DNA of 64,000 nucleotides from Gammaproteobacteria bacterium (lineage in GTDB: Bacteria > Pseudomonadota > Gammaproteobacteria > SG8-11), in NCBI GenBank assembly GCA_024641505.1, contig JAHECY010000006.1:1512-65511 (forward strand), in the 5' to 3' direction. This document shows, piece by piece, positions 1 through 10,335 of this stretch. The translations under genes were made by a program, and so were the position numbers. The number at the start of each line of letters is the position of its first letter. Position 1 is the first letter of the stretch. The notes under the pieces are model-generated. The model was not told where the DNA came from and did no database searches. It saw only the letters and a program-made list of their open reading frames with translations.

Positions 1-3000
1 CGGCGATCAACACCTTGATGCGCAGCAGCTCCGGATAAAAATACTTTTCCTGATGTTCCAGCGCCACCGCCAACGCCATTTCGATGGTCGCATCCGCCAT
101 ATCGTGACGCGCCGCCTGCAAATACATCTGAGCCAACAAACTGAGAAAATAGGTCTGCGCCAACACTCCGCCACTTTGCCGGAACGATGCCAACGCCGCC
201 TCAAAACTCCGGAGCGCGGCTGACAAATCCCCGTTCCTGGTCAACCATGCGTGCATCATGTCGCCAAACGCCGACCAGAAACTGAAGCCATACTGCCCGG
301 AAATGCGCAAGGCTTCGTCCGTCAACTGCCTGGCCTGTTTTTGATCGCCGGCCAATTCATAAACGATCGCGGAAAAAATCAACGCATAAGCGATGCTGAA
401 CGGATGCTGGATCGCCCGGGCCAGCGCGATGCTTTCCTGCGTCAGCTCCAGCGCGACTGCCTGCTCCCCAAGAAACCATTTGACCAGCGCCGCATTGGAG
501 AGATTCGCCACCAGCGGGTCCTGGCTGTAATCCTGTCCGGCATAGACCTGGGTGGTGGCGGCTTCACGGATCGCGGGTAATCCGGCCTGTAGATACCGGT
601 CCGCCGGCGCGAACTCGCCCAGCCAGAACAGGGTACACCCCATAATGCGATCGGCTTCAATGCGCAACAGGGTGTCCTTCGATTGCGCATCGACAAGCGC
701 CTGCAACTGATCCGCCAACTGCCGCGCCTCGACCAGATTTCCCCGGATATAGTAATAACGCCACAGACCCGCCATGATGGGAAATTTCACCGAGATTTCG
801 CGCACATTCCGGCACAACATGTTGGCACGGGAAAACACCTTTTCCACCTGGGGCGCCGCATAACCCTTACTCATCGACAATGCATACCCGAGCAGGGTTA
901 AACATTCCAATTCCTGGCGCACGTAGGTTTCGGAATCCGCAAGCTGCCGCAACAATTCCAGGCCCTTGTTTAGATGCTCGGCCGCTTCCAGATTGGCATA
1001 GCGGCCGACGGCGATTCTCCCAGCGCTCAGCCAATAGGGCAGTGCCTCGCTGCTGTTACCACTTTCGGTCAGGTGATGCGCATACACCTCCGGGTGACTC
1101 TGGATCTTGTCCGGAAACTGATCCCGGAGAATGCCGGCAATGCGCTTGTGATAGGTTTGCCGAGTGCTTTTCAACAGTGACTGGTAGGCCGTTTCCTGCA
1201 ACAAGGCTTGCCGAAAACAGTAAGAAGCTTCCGGCGGCAGTCCCCGTTGCTGCAGCAAATCGCTGTCCACCAGATCCGCCAATTGTTTTTGCAGTTTTTC
1301 CTCATCCATCGGCACCACCGCACGCAACAGGCTATAAATGAACTCCCTGCCCAGCGTGGCGACCATTTGCGCGAGTTCTTTTTCATCACCGAGCTTGTCG
1401 ATGCTGGCCATCAGGGAATCTTGCAGTGTGGCGGGAATTTGCAGCGCGTACAGCGCGTCGGACAATTCATACCGGCCGCCCTTTTCCTGCAACTTACCCG
1501 ACGCCAGAATCGTTTTCATCAATTCCTCGATGAACAGGGGGATGCCGTCGGTCTTGCTGACGATTTGCCGGAACAGTTCTTCCGGCAAGGCTTTACCTGA
1601 GGCAGTAGCATTGATCAGGCGCCCTACTTGCCGGCGGGACAGGCGGTTGAGACTGATGTGCGTAAGGTAGGAGTGTGGTTTCCAGGGTAACTGAAAATCG
1701 TTGCGAAACGCCAGGAGTACGAACATTCTCCACAATGACGCCTGATCGACCATTAATCTCACTAATTCCATTGTGGAGGGATCGATCCATTGCACGTCGT
1801 CGACGACGATCACCAGAAACTTTCCTTCCGCCATTTTCTGCAGCAAATGAAACAACGCGGTGATGGTTTTGCGTTTACGGATCTGCGGCGATGCATCCGC
1901 GCCGGCGACATCGGGAAATTCATGCATCACGCCCAGCAGTTCGCACACCATCGCCATTTCCTCGGCGCCGCCCAGCGCGTAGCGCGCGAACACGTCCTGT
2001 ATTTTTTCCAGCTTTTGATCGTTGCTCAGTCCGTAACTCAATTTGAAGGTGCGGCTCAGATAACTGGTGACCGCATAAAACGGGCTGTTCCGGTAATGGG
2101 ACGCGCCTTGAATTTCAATGTAGAAATGCGGTTCGACGGACAGGCGTTCGTGTACTTCCCGCAGTAACCGGGTTTTGCCGATGCCGGGCTCGCCGGTAAC
2201 ATAGACCACCTGCCCCGTGCCTTCCAGGGATTGCTCCAATCGGTCGAGCATCAATCCACATTCCTGTTCGCGCCCGATCAGCGGAATCGTCACTTTTTGC
2301 GAGCGTGTGGTCTGGCGCAACGGAAAGTCTGTTTCCCCCGCTACATTGAACAGCTCCATTTCCTGCGAGAAACCTTTGAGTACCTGGCTGCCCTGGGAGA
2401 CGCACTGGAACTCCCCGCCCAGCAGACTCTGCGTAATACCGCTGATGCACACGCCGTTGGGTATCGCGAGACTCTGCAAACGCGCCGCAATATTCGGTGT
2501 CTCGCCCAATGCCAGTCGATCGTTTTCCCCGGATGACTGCTCGCCAATGACGACCAATCCGGTATGGATACCGATGCGCACCTTTAATTCAGCGCCATAC
2601 CGCTGCGCCAGCGTGACTTCAAGTTTTTGAAAAGAATCGATAAGCGCCAGCGCGGCACGCACCGCTCGATTTGGATCGCCCTCGGACGCGACGGGATAAC
2701 CGAAATAGACCAGAATGCCATCGCCCAGGTACTGGGCGATGTGGCCGCCATAGCGGCTGATCACGCCATGACTGCGATCGCGATAAATGGTGATGATTTC
2801 CCGCAGGTCTTCCGGGTCCAGGCGCTCGGAGAGTTGGCTCGAGCCCACCAGGTCAACGAACACCACGGTTAATTGCCGCCGCTCCAGGACATTGGCAATC
2901 TGGCGTGGCGGGGGATTGGATTGCCCGGGACCAGGCCCGCCAACCGCCGCGTCGTTGCCAACCGTCGGTGACAGCGCATGACCGCATTGACCGCAGAACC

Positions 3001-3118
3001 TGAAATGGGGGGGATTTTCCGCCTGACAGGCGGCGCAAAGCGCGGCCAGCGGCGCCGCGCAATTACCGCAATAGCGCATGCCCGCTGGATTGGAAAATTC
3101 GCATTTCGAACATAGCAT
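1..3118 (-). CDS. Adenylate/guanylate cyclase protein with N-terminal double zinc ribbon, central AAA (NB-ARC/STAND-like) ATPase and C-terminal TPR region; 3-prime end runs off window
   Basis: Manual minus-strand translation from ATG at 3118: MLCSKCEFSNPAGMRYCGNCAAPLAALCAACQAENPPHFRFCGQCGHAL (two CxxC pairs). Then a class III cyclase core (VVFVDLVGSSQLSERL...IAQYLGDGILVYFGYP...KVRIGIHTGLVVIGE). Then Walker A GEPGIGKTRLL near 2180. The frame stays open to position 1. It is absent from the ORF track because no stop codon lies inside the window. Plus-strand ORFs 1208-2872 are its antisense shadow, sharing the same codon register. Confidence 0.8.
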   Translation of the reverse strand, partial: MLCSKCEFSNPAGMRYCGNCAAPLAALCAACQAENPPHFRFCGQCGHALSPTVGNDAAVGGPGPGQSNPPPRQIANVLERRQLTVVFVDLVGSSQLSERLDPEDLREIITIYRDRSHGVISRYGGHIAQYLGDGILVYFGYPVASEGDPNRAVRAALALIDSFQKLEVTLAQRYGAELKVRIGIHTGLVVIGEQSSGENDRLALGETPNIAARLQSLAIPNGVCISGITQSLLGGEFQCVSQGSQVLKGFSQEMELFNVAGETDFPLRQTTRSQKVTIPLIGREQECGLMLDRLEQSLEGTGQVVYVTGEPGIGKTRLLREVHERLSVEPHFYIEIQGASHYRNSPFYAVTSYLSRTFKLSYGLSNDQKLEKIQDVFARYALGGAEEMAMVCELLGVMHEFPDVAGADASPQIRKRKTITALFHLLQKMAEGKFLVIVVDDVQWIDPSTMELVRLMVDQASLWRMFVLLAFRNDFQLPWKPHSYLTHISLNRLSRRQVGRLINATASGKALPEELFRQIVSKTDGIPLFIEELMKTILASGKLQEKGGRYELSDALYALQIPATLQDSLMASIDKLGDEKELAQMVATLGREFIYSLLRAVVPMDEEKLQKQLADLVDSDLLQQRGLPPEASYCFRQALLQETAYQSLLKSTRQTYHKRIAGILRDQFPDKIQSHPEVYAHHLTESGNSSEALPYWLSAGRIAVGRYANLEAAEHLNKGLELLRQLADSETYVRQELECLTLLGYALSMSKGYAAPQVEKVFSRANMLCRNVREISVKFPIMAGLWRYYYIRGNLVEARQLADQLQALVDAQSKDTLLRIEADRIMGCTLFWLGEFAPADRYLQAGLPAIREAATTQVYAGQDYSQDPLVANLSNAALVKWFLGEQAVALELTQESIALARAIQHPFSIAYALIFSAIVYELAGDQKQARQLTDEALRISGQYGFSFWSAFGDMMHAWLTRNGDLSAALRSFEAALASFRQSGGVLAQTYFLSLLAQMYLQAARHDMADATIEMALAVALEHQEKYFYPELLRIKVLIA

Positions 3119-3440
3119 TATTGCAGCATCCCTCGGCAAACGTACGTTCCGGGAAGTCCCGTTCGTCCGGCGCTCAAAAGATAATCATTTTAGGCGGGAA
3201 TACCGTGAAAAGGAAGCGTACGTCGCCCAAGATCAACAACTTGTATAACGGACTGATTTGTACGAAGTGCCGGGTATAAAAACATAAAAAAAGTCCTTAA
3301 AAAACGCCGATGCCGAAGACGCAGTAACACTGATTGCAGGGCGCCTATCATGCACGCCGGAAAAACCACCCGTTCCTGGTTTGCGATCTTGCATCCAACC
3401 GTACCATCCTCGATTGACAATGAAAATGGCATCTACAACG

Positions 3441-5021
3441 CTATGGCTTACCCGTAAATTTCAACAAGGGCAGACGCTGATGACACGCATGCAGCAGCAC
3501 CCCGCGGATGTCCGCCAGCGAGACATCGGCGCCACCGTAAAGCTGTGCCTGCAACGCCACCAGCGCCGTTTCCAAGTGTGGCGAACATGGATAATGCCGC
3601 TGCCAGCGGCACAGCCACATATGTAATGTGAGATTTTCCGGCCACGCCTCGGCGCGGGCCGTGTCCAGCAACGCCGCTGTTAGTTGCGCCGGTGTCTGTG
3701 CCTCACGGAGGCGCGCCAACGCCTGACCATAGATTTGCCACACACGCACTCGGCGCGCGGCAACACCATAACCGCGGCGCAGCGCCAGACCGGCCACGAT
3801 CAGCGCCAAGATAGCGCCTGGATAAACTGCCCATGGCGCGAGCACCAGCACCGTGCCCAGCGCTTGCCGGTAGGTGACGATCTTGCCGGTATCGGGGTCG
3901 AAATATTGCACGCGCAACGCGGGTAACGCCAGCAGACCCATGGTCCCGGGAGTAAACGGCTGTTCAATCAGGACATGGCCGGCGGCGCTGATCCTGCTCC
4001 GGGCTGCGCTGGCCATCGGCTCAGCGTCTTGTGACCCACCGTCCTGGGGTGCGGCGTGCTGCGCTGCAACGTCTCGGGATTCAACGTCCGGGAGCGCAGC
4101 CGACACCAGCCGGTGCGGATAAAATTGCAGGTCCCCGTGCGTGTGCAACTGGCGTGTCAGTTCCTGCAGTTCGTGCGCGCGCGCACCCGCGCCGGTGATA
4201 TCAATGCGCAGAAAATTCAGATGCCCCGTCAATAAAAACGGCGCCGCCGGCAACGCCACCTGGACCGCGATGCGACCGATCGGCAGCGTCACCGGCACAT
4301 ACGCGGGCAATGCCCGGACCCGCAGATCGACACGCGGCGGATAAAACCAATGGGTCACGGTACCCCCGCGCCGGTACTTGAGCGCCGGCAACTGCACCGG
4401 CATGGCGCCGCTGCGCAGCGCATAGAGCCGCCAGACGCTTTGATGCTGGGTAAGCTCCCGACCGTCACGGCGCACGGTGCTGCGCACCGGGGATTGCATC
4501 TCGACTTCCAGGCCCGGCGTAGTCGCCGGTTCCGTGTCGAAACCCGCATACCGGAAAGCGCCGGTAATGTGCATCGTCACCTGCACCGGTTGCTTGATCC
4601 AGACCGCCGACTCGCTGATGGTACTGGTCACTTGAATCAGGCTGTGATCCTTGTCGTCCCGGGCGGGCGCCATGGCGACGGTCATGGGTCGGGTGGTGCC
4701 GGTACCGCAGCGTAAGGCTGGCACCTGCAGCGCACCGGGCCGCCGGGCATACAGGCGTAATCGCAGGCTATGGTCGGCGCCGGCGCGCTGCGCCCGGGCA
4801 ATGATGTTACTTTCGATGACGAAATCCCGGTCCAGTGCCGTCAAGTCCAAGGTATCCGAATCAAACTGACCGGCAGGGAGCGTCAGTTGCAGGAGCACCG
4901 GTTTGCCGTATTGGCTTTGCCCGGCGTCGACCGTGAGCTGACATGGCGCCGGCGCGGCCCAAGCCGTCAACGGCAGCAGCCATGCCGCGATTACCAACAG
5001 CCGACAATTGTCGATTACCAT
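3441..5021 (-). CDS. BatD-like protein (signal peptide, large periplasmic domain, C-terminal TM)
   Basis: 526-aa ORF with an N-terminal signal sequence (MVIDNCRLLVIAAWLLPLTAWAAP). Last gene of the MoxR-DUF58-VWA-VWA/TPR-BatD arrangement. Overlaps the upstream gene by 7 nt. Confidence 0.6.
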   Translation of the reverse strand: MVIDNCRLLVIAAWLLPLTAWAAPAPCQLTVDAGQSQYGKPVLLQLTLPAGQFDSDTLDLTALDRDFVIESNIIARAQRAGADHSLRLRLYARRPGALQVPALRCGTGTTRPMTVAMAPARDDKDHSLIQVTSTISESAVWIKQPVQVTMHITGAFRYAGFDTEPATTPGLEVEMQSPVRSTVRRDGRELTQHQSVWRLYALRSGAMPVQLPALKYRRGGTVTHWFYPPRVDLRVRALPAYVPVTLPIGRIAVQVALPAAPFLLTGHLNFLRIDITGAGARAHELQELTRQLHTHGDLQFYPHRLVSAALPDVESRDVAAQHAAPQDGGSQDAEPMASAARSRISAAGHVLIEQPFTPGTMGLLALPALRVQYFDPDTGKIVTYRQALGTVLVLAPWAVYPGAILALIVAGLALRRGYGVAARRVRVWQIYGQALARLREAQTPAQLTAALLDTARAEAWPENLTLHMWLCRWQRHYPCSPHLETALVALQAQLYGGADVSLADIRGVLLHACHQRLPLLKFTGKP

Positions 5022-6856
5022 GGCGGCAACGCCTCCACTTCCCGCGGCGCGTCCAGCGGCGCACTGATCTCCAATTCCCCTTCAAATACACGCTGCCACA
5101 AACTGCTGTCATCGCCGAGCAGATTTGCCGCCCGCAGTTGCATACTGTCATCGGTGGTGGGTTCAAACACCCATTCACTGTCCACAAACTCCTGCGCCTG
5201 GGAAACCACGGGCTGGGCCTGGTAAGCACCGCGCATGGCATCCTGCGCCGCGACGTGAGCGGTATCCGGGGTCGGTTGCGCCGGCGGCGCGTCCGGGGCA
5301 CGGTCGTCCAGCGATAAATTACCACCGGCGACCTCCGTGGCGTCCGGCATGCGGACGCCACGCGGCCCCCGGCCCTGGCCGCCGGTTCCGCCGGTGCTGT
5401 CCTGCTCGACCCGGCGCGCCAGCATGGCTACGGCAAGTTGCAGATTGGTCACCACCGCCGCATCATCCGGCCGGTAGCGCAACACATCCTGGTAGAGCGT
5501 CACCGCCTTGGCATAAGCATCAAGCCGGTAATGACAGTTGGCAAGATTGAACAAAGCATCCGCCCGTTGTTGATCCGTGTCCGCCTCCAGAATGGCCAAG
5601 GTGAATTGTTGAATCGCCATCGGATACGCCTGCAATTGATAGGCGCTGGCACCCTCGCCCATGCGTCCATGATAACCCGGTACTTGGCGGTAGGCTTGTT
5701 GCGCGCGCTGATAGGAGTGTTGCTGATAGGCCAGATAAGCCTGGCGTTGCGCGTCCGCCGCCTGGGCCGGAGTCACCGGCGCGGCGCTTGCCATCACCAG
5801 CGCCAACACCATGAGCGCCGGTGCCGAACTTGCTCCCGAGCGCCGCCGCCAGTGCGCCAACACCAGCAACAGCACCGCCGGCGCCAGCGGCCATTGATAC
5901 AGCTCCCGCCACATCACCAGGGCATTGGGCGTACGCCCGTCATCACCCGCCTCCGCCCGGGCAATGCCGGCGTCATACAGGAAGCGCAAATCGCCGTCAT
6001 CGTCACTCAGGGGCGCGTAACGACCGTTGCCGCGCCGTGCCAGTGTCATCAACAATTTCGTGTTCAACCTGGACACCACTTCCAGGTCCGCATGTCGCAA
6101 CCAGGCGCCATCCGCATCCAGCACCGAAGCCCCCGCCTCGGTGCCGACACCCAACACATGCAGCATCACGCCTTGTTGCGCCAGGGCGTCAACGGTGGCG
6201 AGCAAGTTTGCGCGCTGCGCCGCAGTCAATGCCGGCAGCTCGCCATCGGTCACCAGTAATAACGCGCGCCGCGTCTGCCCGGGGGTGAACGCGGTCAGGG
6301 CGCCTTCCAGAGCCGCCGATAAATTCGATCCGGCGATCGGCACCATGCCATAACGCGGTAACGCGAGAAAATGCCGCAACACGTCGTGGTCCGTGGTCGG
6401 TGGCGTCAACACATGGGCGCTGCCCGCGTACACCAGGACTCCGGTCTTGGTCTGGCGCAGGCGCAGGCTCAGATCCAGTAATTTCAACCGCGCCCGTTCC
6501 AGGCGATCGGGAGTCACATCGCGCGCCGTCATCGATCGCGACAGGTCCCACACGATCATCAATTCCGGCAATTGCGCCGGATCGGGCGTATAGGTGGTTT
6601 GCGCGTAACGTGGCCCCGCCAATGCCAGCCCGAACAAACCCCAGGCCAGCGCTAACAGAACCTGACGCCACCAGTGACGCGGCGTCCACTGGCCGGCAAC
6701 GGTGACCCGCGCCCATGGCTGTAACGACGCCTCCGCATAGGCGGCACCACGCACACGACCGCGCAGCCAATGCAGCAGCGCCAGCAACCAGGGGTAACCG
6801 GCCACCGCCAACCACCAGGGTGCGCGCCATTCGAGCGCGGTCACTTCGAACATCAT
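5015..6856 (-). CDS. VWA domain protein fused to TPR repeats (BatB/BatC-like)
   Basis: N-terminal TM helices, a VWA-like core (LVTDGEL..., MIVWDLSRSM) and C-terminal TPR-like repeats (ALFNLANCHYRLDAYAKAVTLYQDVLRYRPDD). Start chosen at MMFEV, next to the upstream stop. The ORF track's 5-prime extension to 6898 would overlap batA. Confidence 0.6.
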   Translation of the reverse strand: MMFEVTALEWRAPWWLAVAGYPWLLALLHWLRGRVRGAAYAEASLQPWARVTVAGQWTPRHWWRQVLLALAWGLFGLALAGPRYAQTTYTPDPAQLPELMIVWDLSRSMTARDVTPDRLERARLKLLDLSLRLRQTKTGVLVYAGSAHVLTPPTTDHDVLRHFLALPRYGMVPIAGSNLSAALEGALTAFTPGQTRRALLLVTDGELPALTAAQRANLLATVDALAQQGVMLHVLGVGTEAGASVLDADGAWLRHADLEVVSRLNTKLLMTLARRGNGRYAPLSDDDGDLRFLYDAGIARAEAGDDGRTPNALVMWRELYQWPLAPAVLLLVLAHWRRRSGASSAPALMVLALVMASAAPVTPAQAADAQRQAYLAYQQHSYQRAQQAYRQVPGYHGRMGEGASAYQLQAYPMAIQQFTLAILEADTDQQRADALFNLANCHYRLDAYAKAVTLYQDVLRYRPDDAAVVTNLQLAVAMLARRVEQDSTGGTGGQGRGPRGVRMPDATEVAGGNLSLDDRAPDAPPAQPTPDTAHVAAQDAMRGAYQAQPVVSQAQEFVDSEWVFEPTTDDSMQLRAANLLGDDSSLWQRVFEGELEISAPLDAPREVEALPPW

Positions 6857-7917
6857 GGCGCCCTCCGTGACGGCCACCATTGCACCAACACCAGCCACAA
6901 CAATGCCGCGCCCAGGGGCCAGGGATACAGCGCCACCTTGAGGTAGTGCGCGGTGCCGTCGATGGACCGGCGCTCGGCGGCTTGAATCGCCCGCATCGCG
7001 GCATTCAGGGAATCGGCGCTGTCGGCCCAGTAGAAACCGCCGCCGCCGGCCGCGGCAATCACCTTCAACAGTCCGATATTCGCCGGTTCATAGAGCAAAC
7101 CGGCGGCACGCGCTTCGTCCGCCGCGATGCTGGTGGCGCCGATGCCGATGGTGTGCAGGCGGTAGCCCTGCCGGCGCAGGAAATCCGCCACGGCACGGGG
7201 ATCGACATCGCGCCGCGGTCGGTTGACATCCGTCAGCAACACCAGCACCGGCTTTTCCGCGACCGACGGCGGTACTTGGCGCGCCAGCTGGCGCAGCGCA
7301 TAAAGCAGGGCGTTGCCCGGATCGCTGTTGCGACCGGTGAGCACCGCCGGTTCCAGGCGCTGCACCATGGTACGCAATAAATTGTAATCCGCGGTCAGCG
7401 GCACCACGCTATACGCTTGTTCGGAAAAGGCGATCAAGCCGATACGATTTCCGTCCAGGCCGTCGATAAAATGCGTCATCACGCTTTTCAGCAGGGTCAT
7501 GCGGTCCACGCGTTGCCCCGCCATTTGATAGTCACGCAACACCATGCTGATTGACGTATCAAGCAGAAACATCACATCGCGATAGGTCGCGGGCATCGGC
7601 AGTTGCGCACCCGGCACATAAGGATAGGCCAACGCGCCGTGCAGCGTCGCGATCAACACCGCATAACTCAACCAGCGCCGTACCACCGCGCCGGCACCGG
7701 AGCGTTGCGCGACCGGGTCACCGGCATGGCGCAGCAGCGGCCATTGGGGATGGCGGTAACGCGCGCTGCCCAATACTCCGGTCACCTCACGCAACGAAAC
7801 CAATTGGCGTCGCTGCGCCAGCCACGCCAGCACCAGCAACCATGCCCCGCCCGCCCATAACCAGCCGGGATGCTGAAACTGGATAAGCGCCAGCAAAGCA
7901 CCGAGCTGCTGCGCCAT
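6853..7917 (-). CDS. VWA domain-containing membrane protein (BatA-like)
   Basis: The MAQQLGALLALIQ... start gives ATG/TAA overlap with the upstream gene at 7917. Two N-terminal TM helices and a VWA MIDAS-like motif (FLLDTSISM). Confidence 0.65.
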   Translation of the reverse strand: MAQQLGALLALIQFQHPGWLWAGGAWLLVLAWLAQRRQLVSLREVTGVLGSARYRHPQWPLLRHAGDPVAQRSGAGAVVRRWLSYAVLIATLHGALAYPYVPGAQLPMPATYRDVMFLLDTSISMVLRDYQMAGQRVDRMTLLKSVMTHFIDGLDGNRIGLIAFSEQAYSVVPLTADYNLLRTMVQRLEPAVLTGRNSDPGNALLYALRQLARQVPPSVAEKPVLVLLTDVNRPRRDVDPRAVADFLRRQGYRLHTIGIGATSIAADEARAAGLLYEPANIGLLKVIAAAGGGGFYWADSADSLNAAMRAIQAAERRSIDGTAHYLKVALYPWPLGAALLWLVLVQWWPSRRAP

Positions 7918-8354
7918 TAGCGTGATTCCCCGCGCCGGGCGAGCCAGGCAAGTGCGTCGATCGCGGCCTGGCGACACTGGTCCGGCGACGGCGCTTGCGC
8001 GGCGAAGCAATAGTGTTGCAGGCGCATGAGAAATTGCTGCCAGTCCGGTTGGTGTCGCGCGCTGAATGCCACGTCTGACAATTGTGGTTGCGCAAAACCT
8101 TCGCGCAGGCAAAGCACGATACGCCGACATGCCTGACGCGCGTCCCGTTGCTGCGACAGCGACGCGCGCAACACGCGCCGCAACTTGCGCCGCGCCCGCG
8201 GCCGCGGTCGATTACCGAGCACTACGACCGCGGCGACCAATATCACTAATAACGCCATCAACGCCCCGTACCAGCCACCGGCAAGCGCCTCGGTGGCCGG
8301 TGCCGGCGCCACGATATCCACCCAGGTCCCGCCCATTATTACGCTATCGCCCAT
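7917..8354 (-). CDS. Small membrane protein of bat operon (DUF4381-like)
   Basis: ORF between the DUF58 and VWA genes. Single TM (YGALMALLVILVAAVVVLG) followed by a basic stretch, in the position of the DUF4381 gene in Bat operons. Start codon uncertain. Confidence 0.4.
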   Translation of the reverse strand: MGDSVIMGGTWVDIVAPAPATEALAGGWYGALMALLVILVAAVVVLGNRPRPRARRKLRRVLRASLSQQRDARQACRRIVLCLREGFAQPQLSDVAFSARHQPDWQQFLMRLQHYCFAAQAPSPDQCRQAAIDALAWLARRGESR

Positions 8355-9339
8355 GGCCGGGCTCCAGACATGTGCTAATGTCATCGGTGGTGCTGCAGGT
8401 GCGCAGCGCAACGCCGGCTTGTTTGCAACAAGCTTGCAGCACCCATTGCCGTTGCTGAAACAGTTCCTGGTACCGTTGTCGCTGCGTGTGATCCCGGGCA
8501 TCGATGCGCAACTCCTGCGCTACGTCGCCGGTATCGATCAGATAGGCACCGGTCGCGGGCAGACGCTGCTCCACCGGATCGAGTATCTGCTGCGCACGTA
8601 CCGTATGTCGGGCGGCAAGTTGCTGTAACAGCGGCGCGGCAAGTTGCGCGTCGAACGCGGCAAAGTCGCTGAGCAGTAACACGAAACTGCCGCCCGGCAT
8701 CCGATGCGCCAGGTGTCCCAGGATCGAATGCAGATGCGCGTGCGGCGCATCGAAGGCCAGCGGCGTACACGGCGCGATCAGCTGCGCCAGCAAGCCCTGG
8801 GTCAACTGCGCGCCGGCGGCCGGGGCATGCCACTGCGACTCCTGATTCAAAACGCAACCACCTACCGCCAACCCCAGGGACCGCGCGTATTGCAAATAGC
8901 ACACCGCGATTCGCGCCGCAAGCGTGACCTTGAGTTGCCGACGCGTGGCGAAGCGCATGGTGGGACCACGGTCCACCACCAGATACACCTGGGGTCGCCG
9001 CTCCTCCATGAACACCTTGGTGTACAGGGCACCGCTGCGCGCATACAAGCGCCAGTTCAACAAGCGTGGCTCGTCACCAGGTTGGTAGGGCCGATGTTCT
9101 TCAAATTCAAAGCCGCGACCTCGATAAATCGAGGCATGTTCGCCCGTCAAGGCGTGGCTGCTGTGCTGTTGAAAACTGAACAGGGACTCCGGCAACTGTT
9201 GGGTCACAAGCGCCAGACGTTGCAGTTCAGCGTCGTCCAGCAAGGGCCTATGCGTCGGCGCGGGCTTGCCGCCAAAACGCCGGCGATACCGGGTCCACCG
9301 CTCCAGTATCCTATGCGCCGGAGTCATGATGATGTTCAC
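8344..9339 (-). CDS. DUF58 family protein (VWA-like, MoxR partner)
   Basis: 331-aa ORF overlapping the moxR stop by 4 nt (ATGA). Canonical position downstream of MoxR. Conserved DUF58-type stretch (RGRGFEFEEHRPYQPGDEPRLLNWRLYARSGALYTKVF). Confidence 0.65.
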   Translation of the reverse strand: MNIIMTPAHRILERWTRYRRRFGGKPAPTHRPLLDDAELQRLALVTQQLPESLFSFQQHSSHALTGEHASIYRGRGFEFEEHRPYQPGDEPRLLNWRLYARSGALYTKVFMEERRPQVYLVVDRGPTMRFATRRQLKVTLAARIAVCYLQYARSLGLAVGGCVLNQESQWHAPAAGAQLTQGLLAQLIAPCTPLAFDAPHAHLHSILGHLAHRMPGGSFVLLLSDFAAFDAQLAAPLLQQLAARHTVRAQQILDPVEQRLPATGAYLIDTGDVAQELRIDARDHTQRQRYQELFQQRQWVLQACCKQAGVALRTCSTTDDISTCLEPGHGR

Positions 9340-10325
9340 GGCACGGGGATCGCATCCACCAGTCCTTTGATAAGATCATTCGCCGACAGTTGTTTGGCTT
9401 TGGCGGTAAAGCTGAGAATCATCCGGTGACGCAGCACATCGGCGGCGACATCGATGACATCATCGGGAATTACATAGGCACGGCCCTGTAAATAGGCATG
9501 GGCACTGGCGGCTCGGGCCAAGGCGAGCGTGGCTCGGGGCGAAGCACCGTAGTGGATATGGTCGCGCCAGTCGGGTAACCATTTTTCCGGATGCCGCGTG
9601 GCATTAACCAGGCTCACCATATAGCGTTTCACGCTCTCTTCGAGGTGAATCTCCGCGACTTCACGCCGGGCGGCCAACACGGTGGCCGGTTGCAGTTGGC
9701 TCTCCACCGCTTGTTGGTCCGCGCCGAAGTGTAAACGCCGGTCGCGTTCCAGAATTTGAAATTCCTCTTCTTCGCTGGGATAGTCGATCACCACATGCAG
9801 TAGAAAGCGATCCAGTTGCGCTTCCGGCAAGGGATAGGTACCCGCTTGCTCCAGGGGATTTTGCGTCGCCATCACCACGAACAGGTCCGGTAATCGATGG
9901 CTTTTCCCGGCGATGGTCACCTGCTGTTCCTCCATGGCTTCCAGCAATGCCGATTGCACTTTGGGCGGCGCACGGTTGATTTCGTCGGCGAGGATGATTT
10001 CCTTGAATAATGGGCCCTCGACAAAACGAAAATCCCCGGTCTTGGGATCGAAGACCTCACTGCCTGTAATGTCCGCGGGCATCAGATCCGGTGTGAACTG
10101 GATACGCTGAAATCCCGCGTGCACGCCGCTGGCTACCGCCTTTACCGCCGTGGTCTTGGCCAGGCCCGGCGCGCTCTCCAACAGTAAATGCCCGCCGGTC
10201 AGCAGGCCGATCATGATCCGATCCAGCAGCTGGTGTTGCCCGACAATGATACTTTCCAGATGACGGCGTAAAGTGAGAAATTCCGGTTGCGTGTGCATGG
10301 CTATGGCTCTGGGGATCAAGAACAT
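9336..10325 (-). CDS. MoxR-family AAA+ ATPase
   Basis: LLLESAPGLAKTT Walker A and the typical MoxR body (ILADEINRAPPKVQSALLEAMEEQQVTIAG). 329 aa. Confidence 0.85.
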   Translation of the reverse strand: MFLIPRAIAMHTQPEFLTLRRHLESIIVGQHQLLDRIMIGLLTGGHLLLESAPGLAKTTAVKAVASGVHAGFQRIQFTPDLMPADITGSEVFDPKTGDFRFVEGPLFKEIILADEINRAPPKVQSALLEAMEEQQVTIAGKSHRLPDLFVVMATQNPLEQAGTYPLPEAQLDRFLLHVVIDYPSEEEEFQILERDRRLHFGADQQAVESQLQPATVLAARREVAEIHLEESVKRYMVSLVNATRHPEKWLPDWRDHIHYGASPRATLALARAASAHAYLQGRAYVIPDDVIDVAADVLRHRMILSFTAKAKQLSANDLIKGLVDAIPVP

Positions 10326-10335
10326 AGATTAACTC

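Noticed and set aside
1208-2872. Series of plus-strand ORFs (1208-1600, 1790-2167, 2231-2536, 2627-2872) and small minus ORFs in the first 3 kb
   Set aside because: They share the exact codon register of, and are antisense to, the continuous minus-strand cyclase/AAA/TPR gene (1-3118) that I translated manually. Such shadow ORFs are typical of high-GC DNA.
3190-3432. 80-aa minus ORF between batD and the cyclase gene
   Set aside because: Lies in an AT-rich probable promoter region and has no recognisable features. Possibly a small protein, but it is unsupported.
5438-7004. Several ORFs of 150-270 aa on both strands overlapping the bat VWA genes (5438-6259 +, 5821-6288 +, 6189-7004 -)
   Set aside because: Alternative-frame shadows within high-GC coding sequence. 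The VWA/TPR frames have domain support and operon-consistent overlaps.
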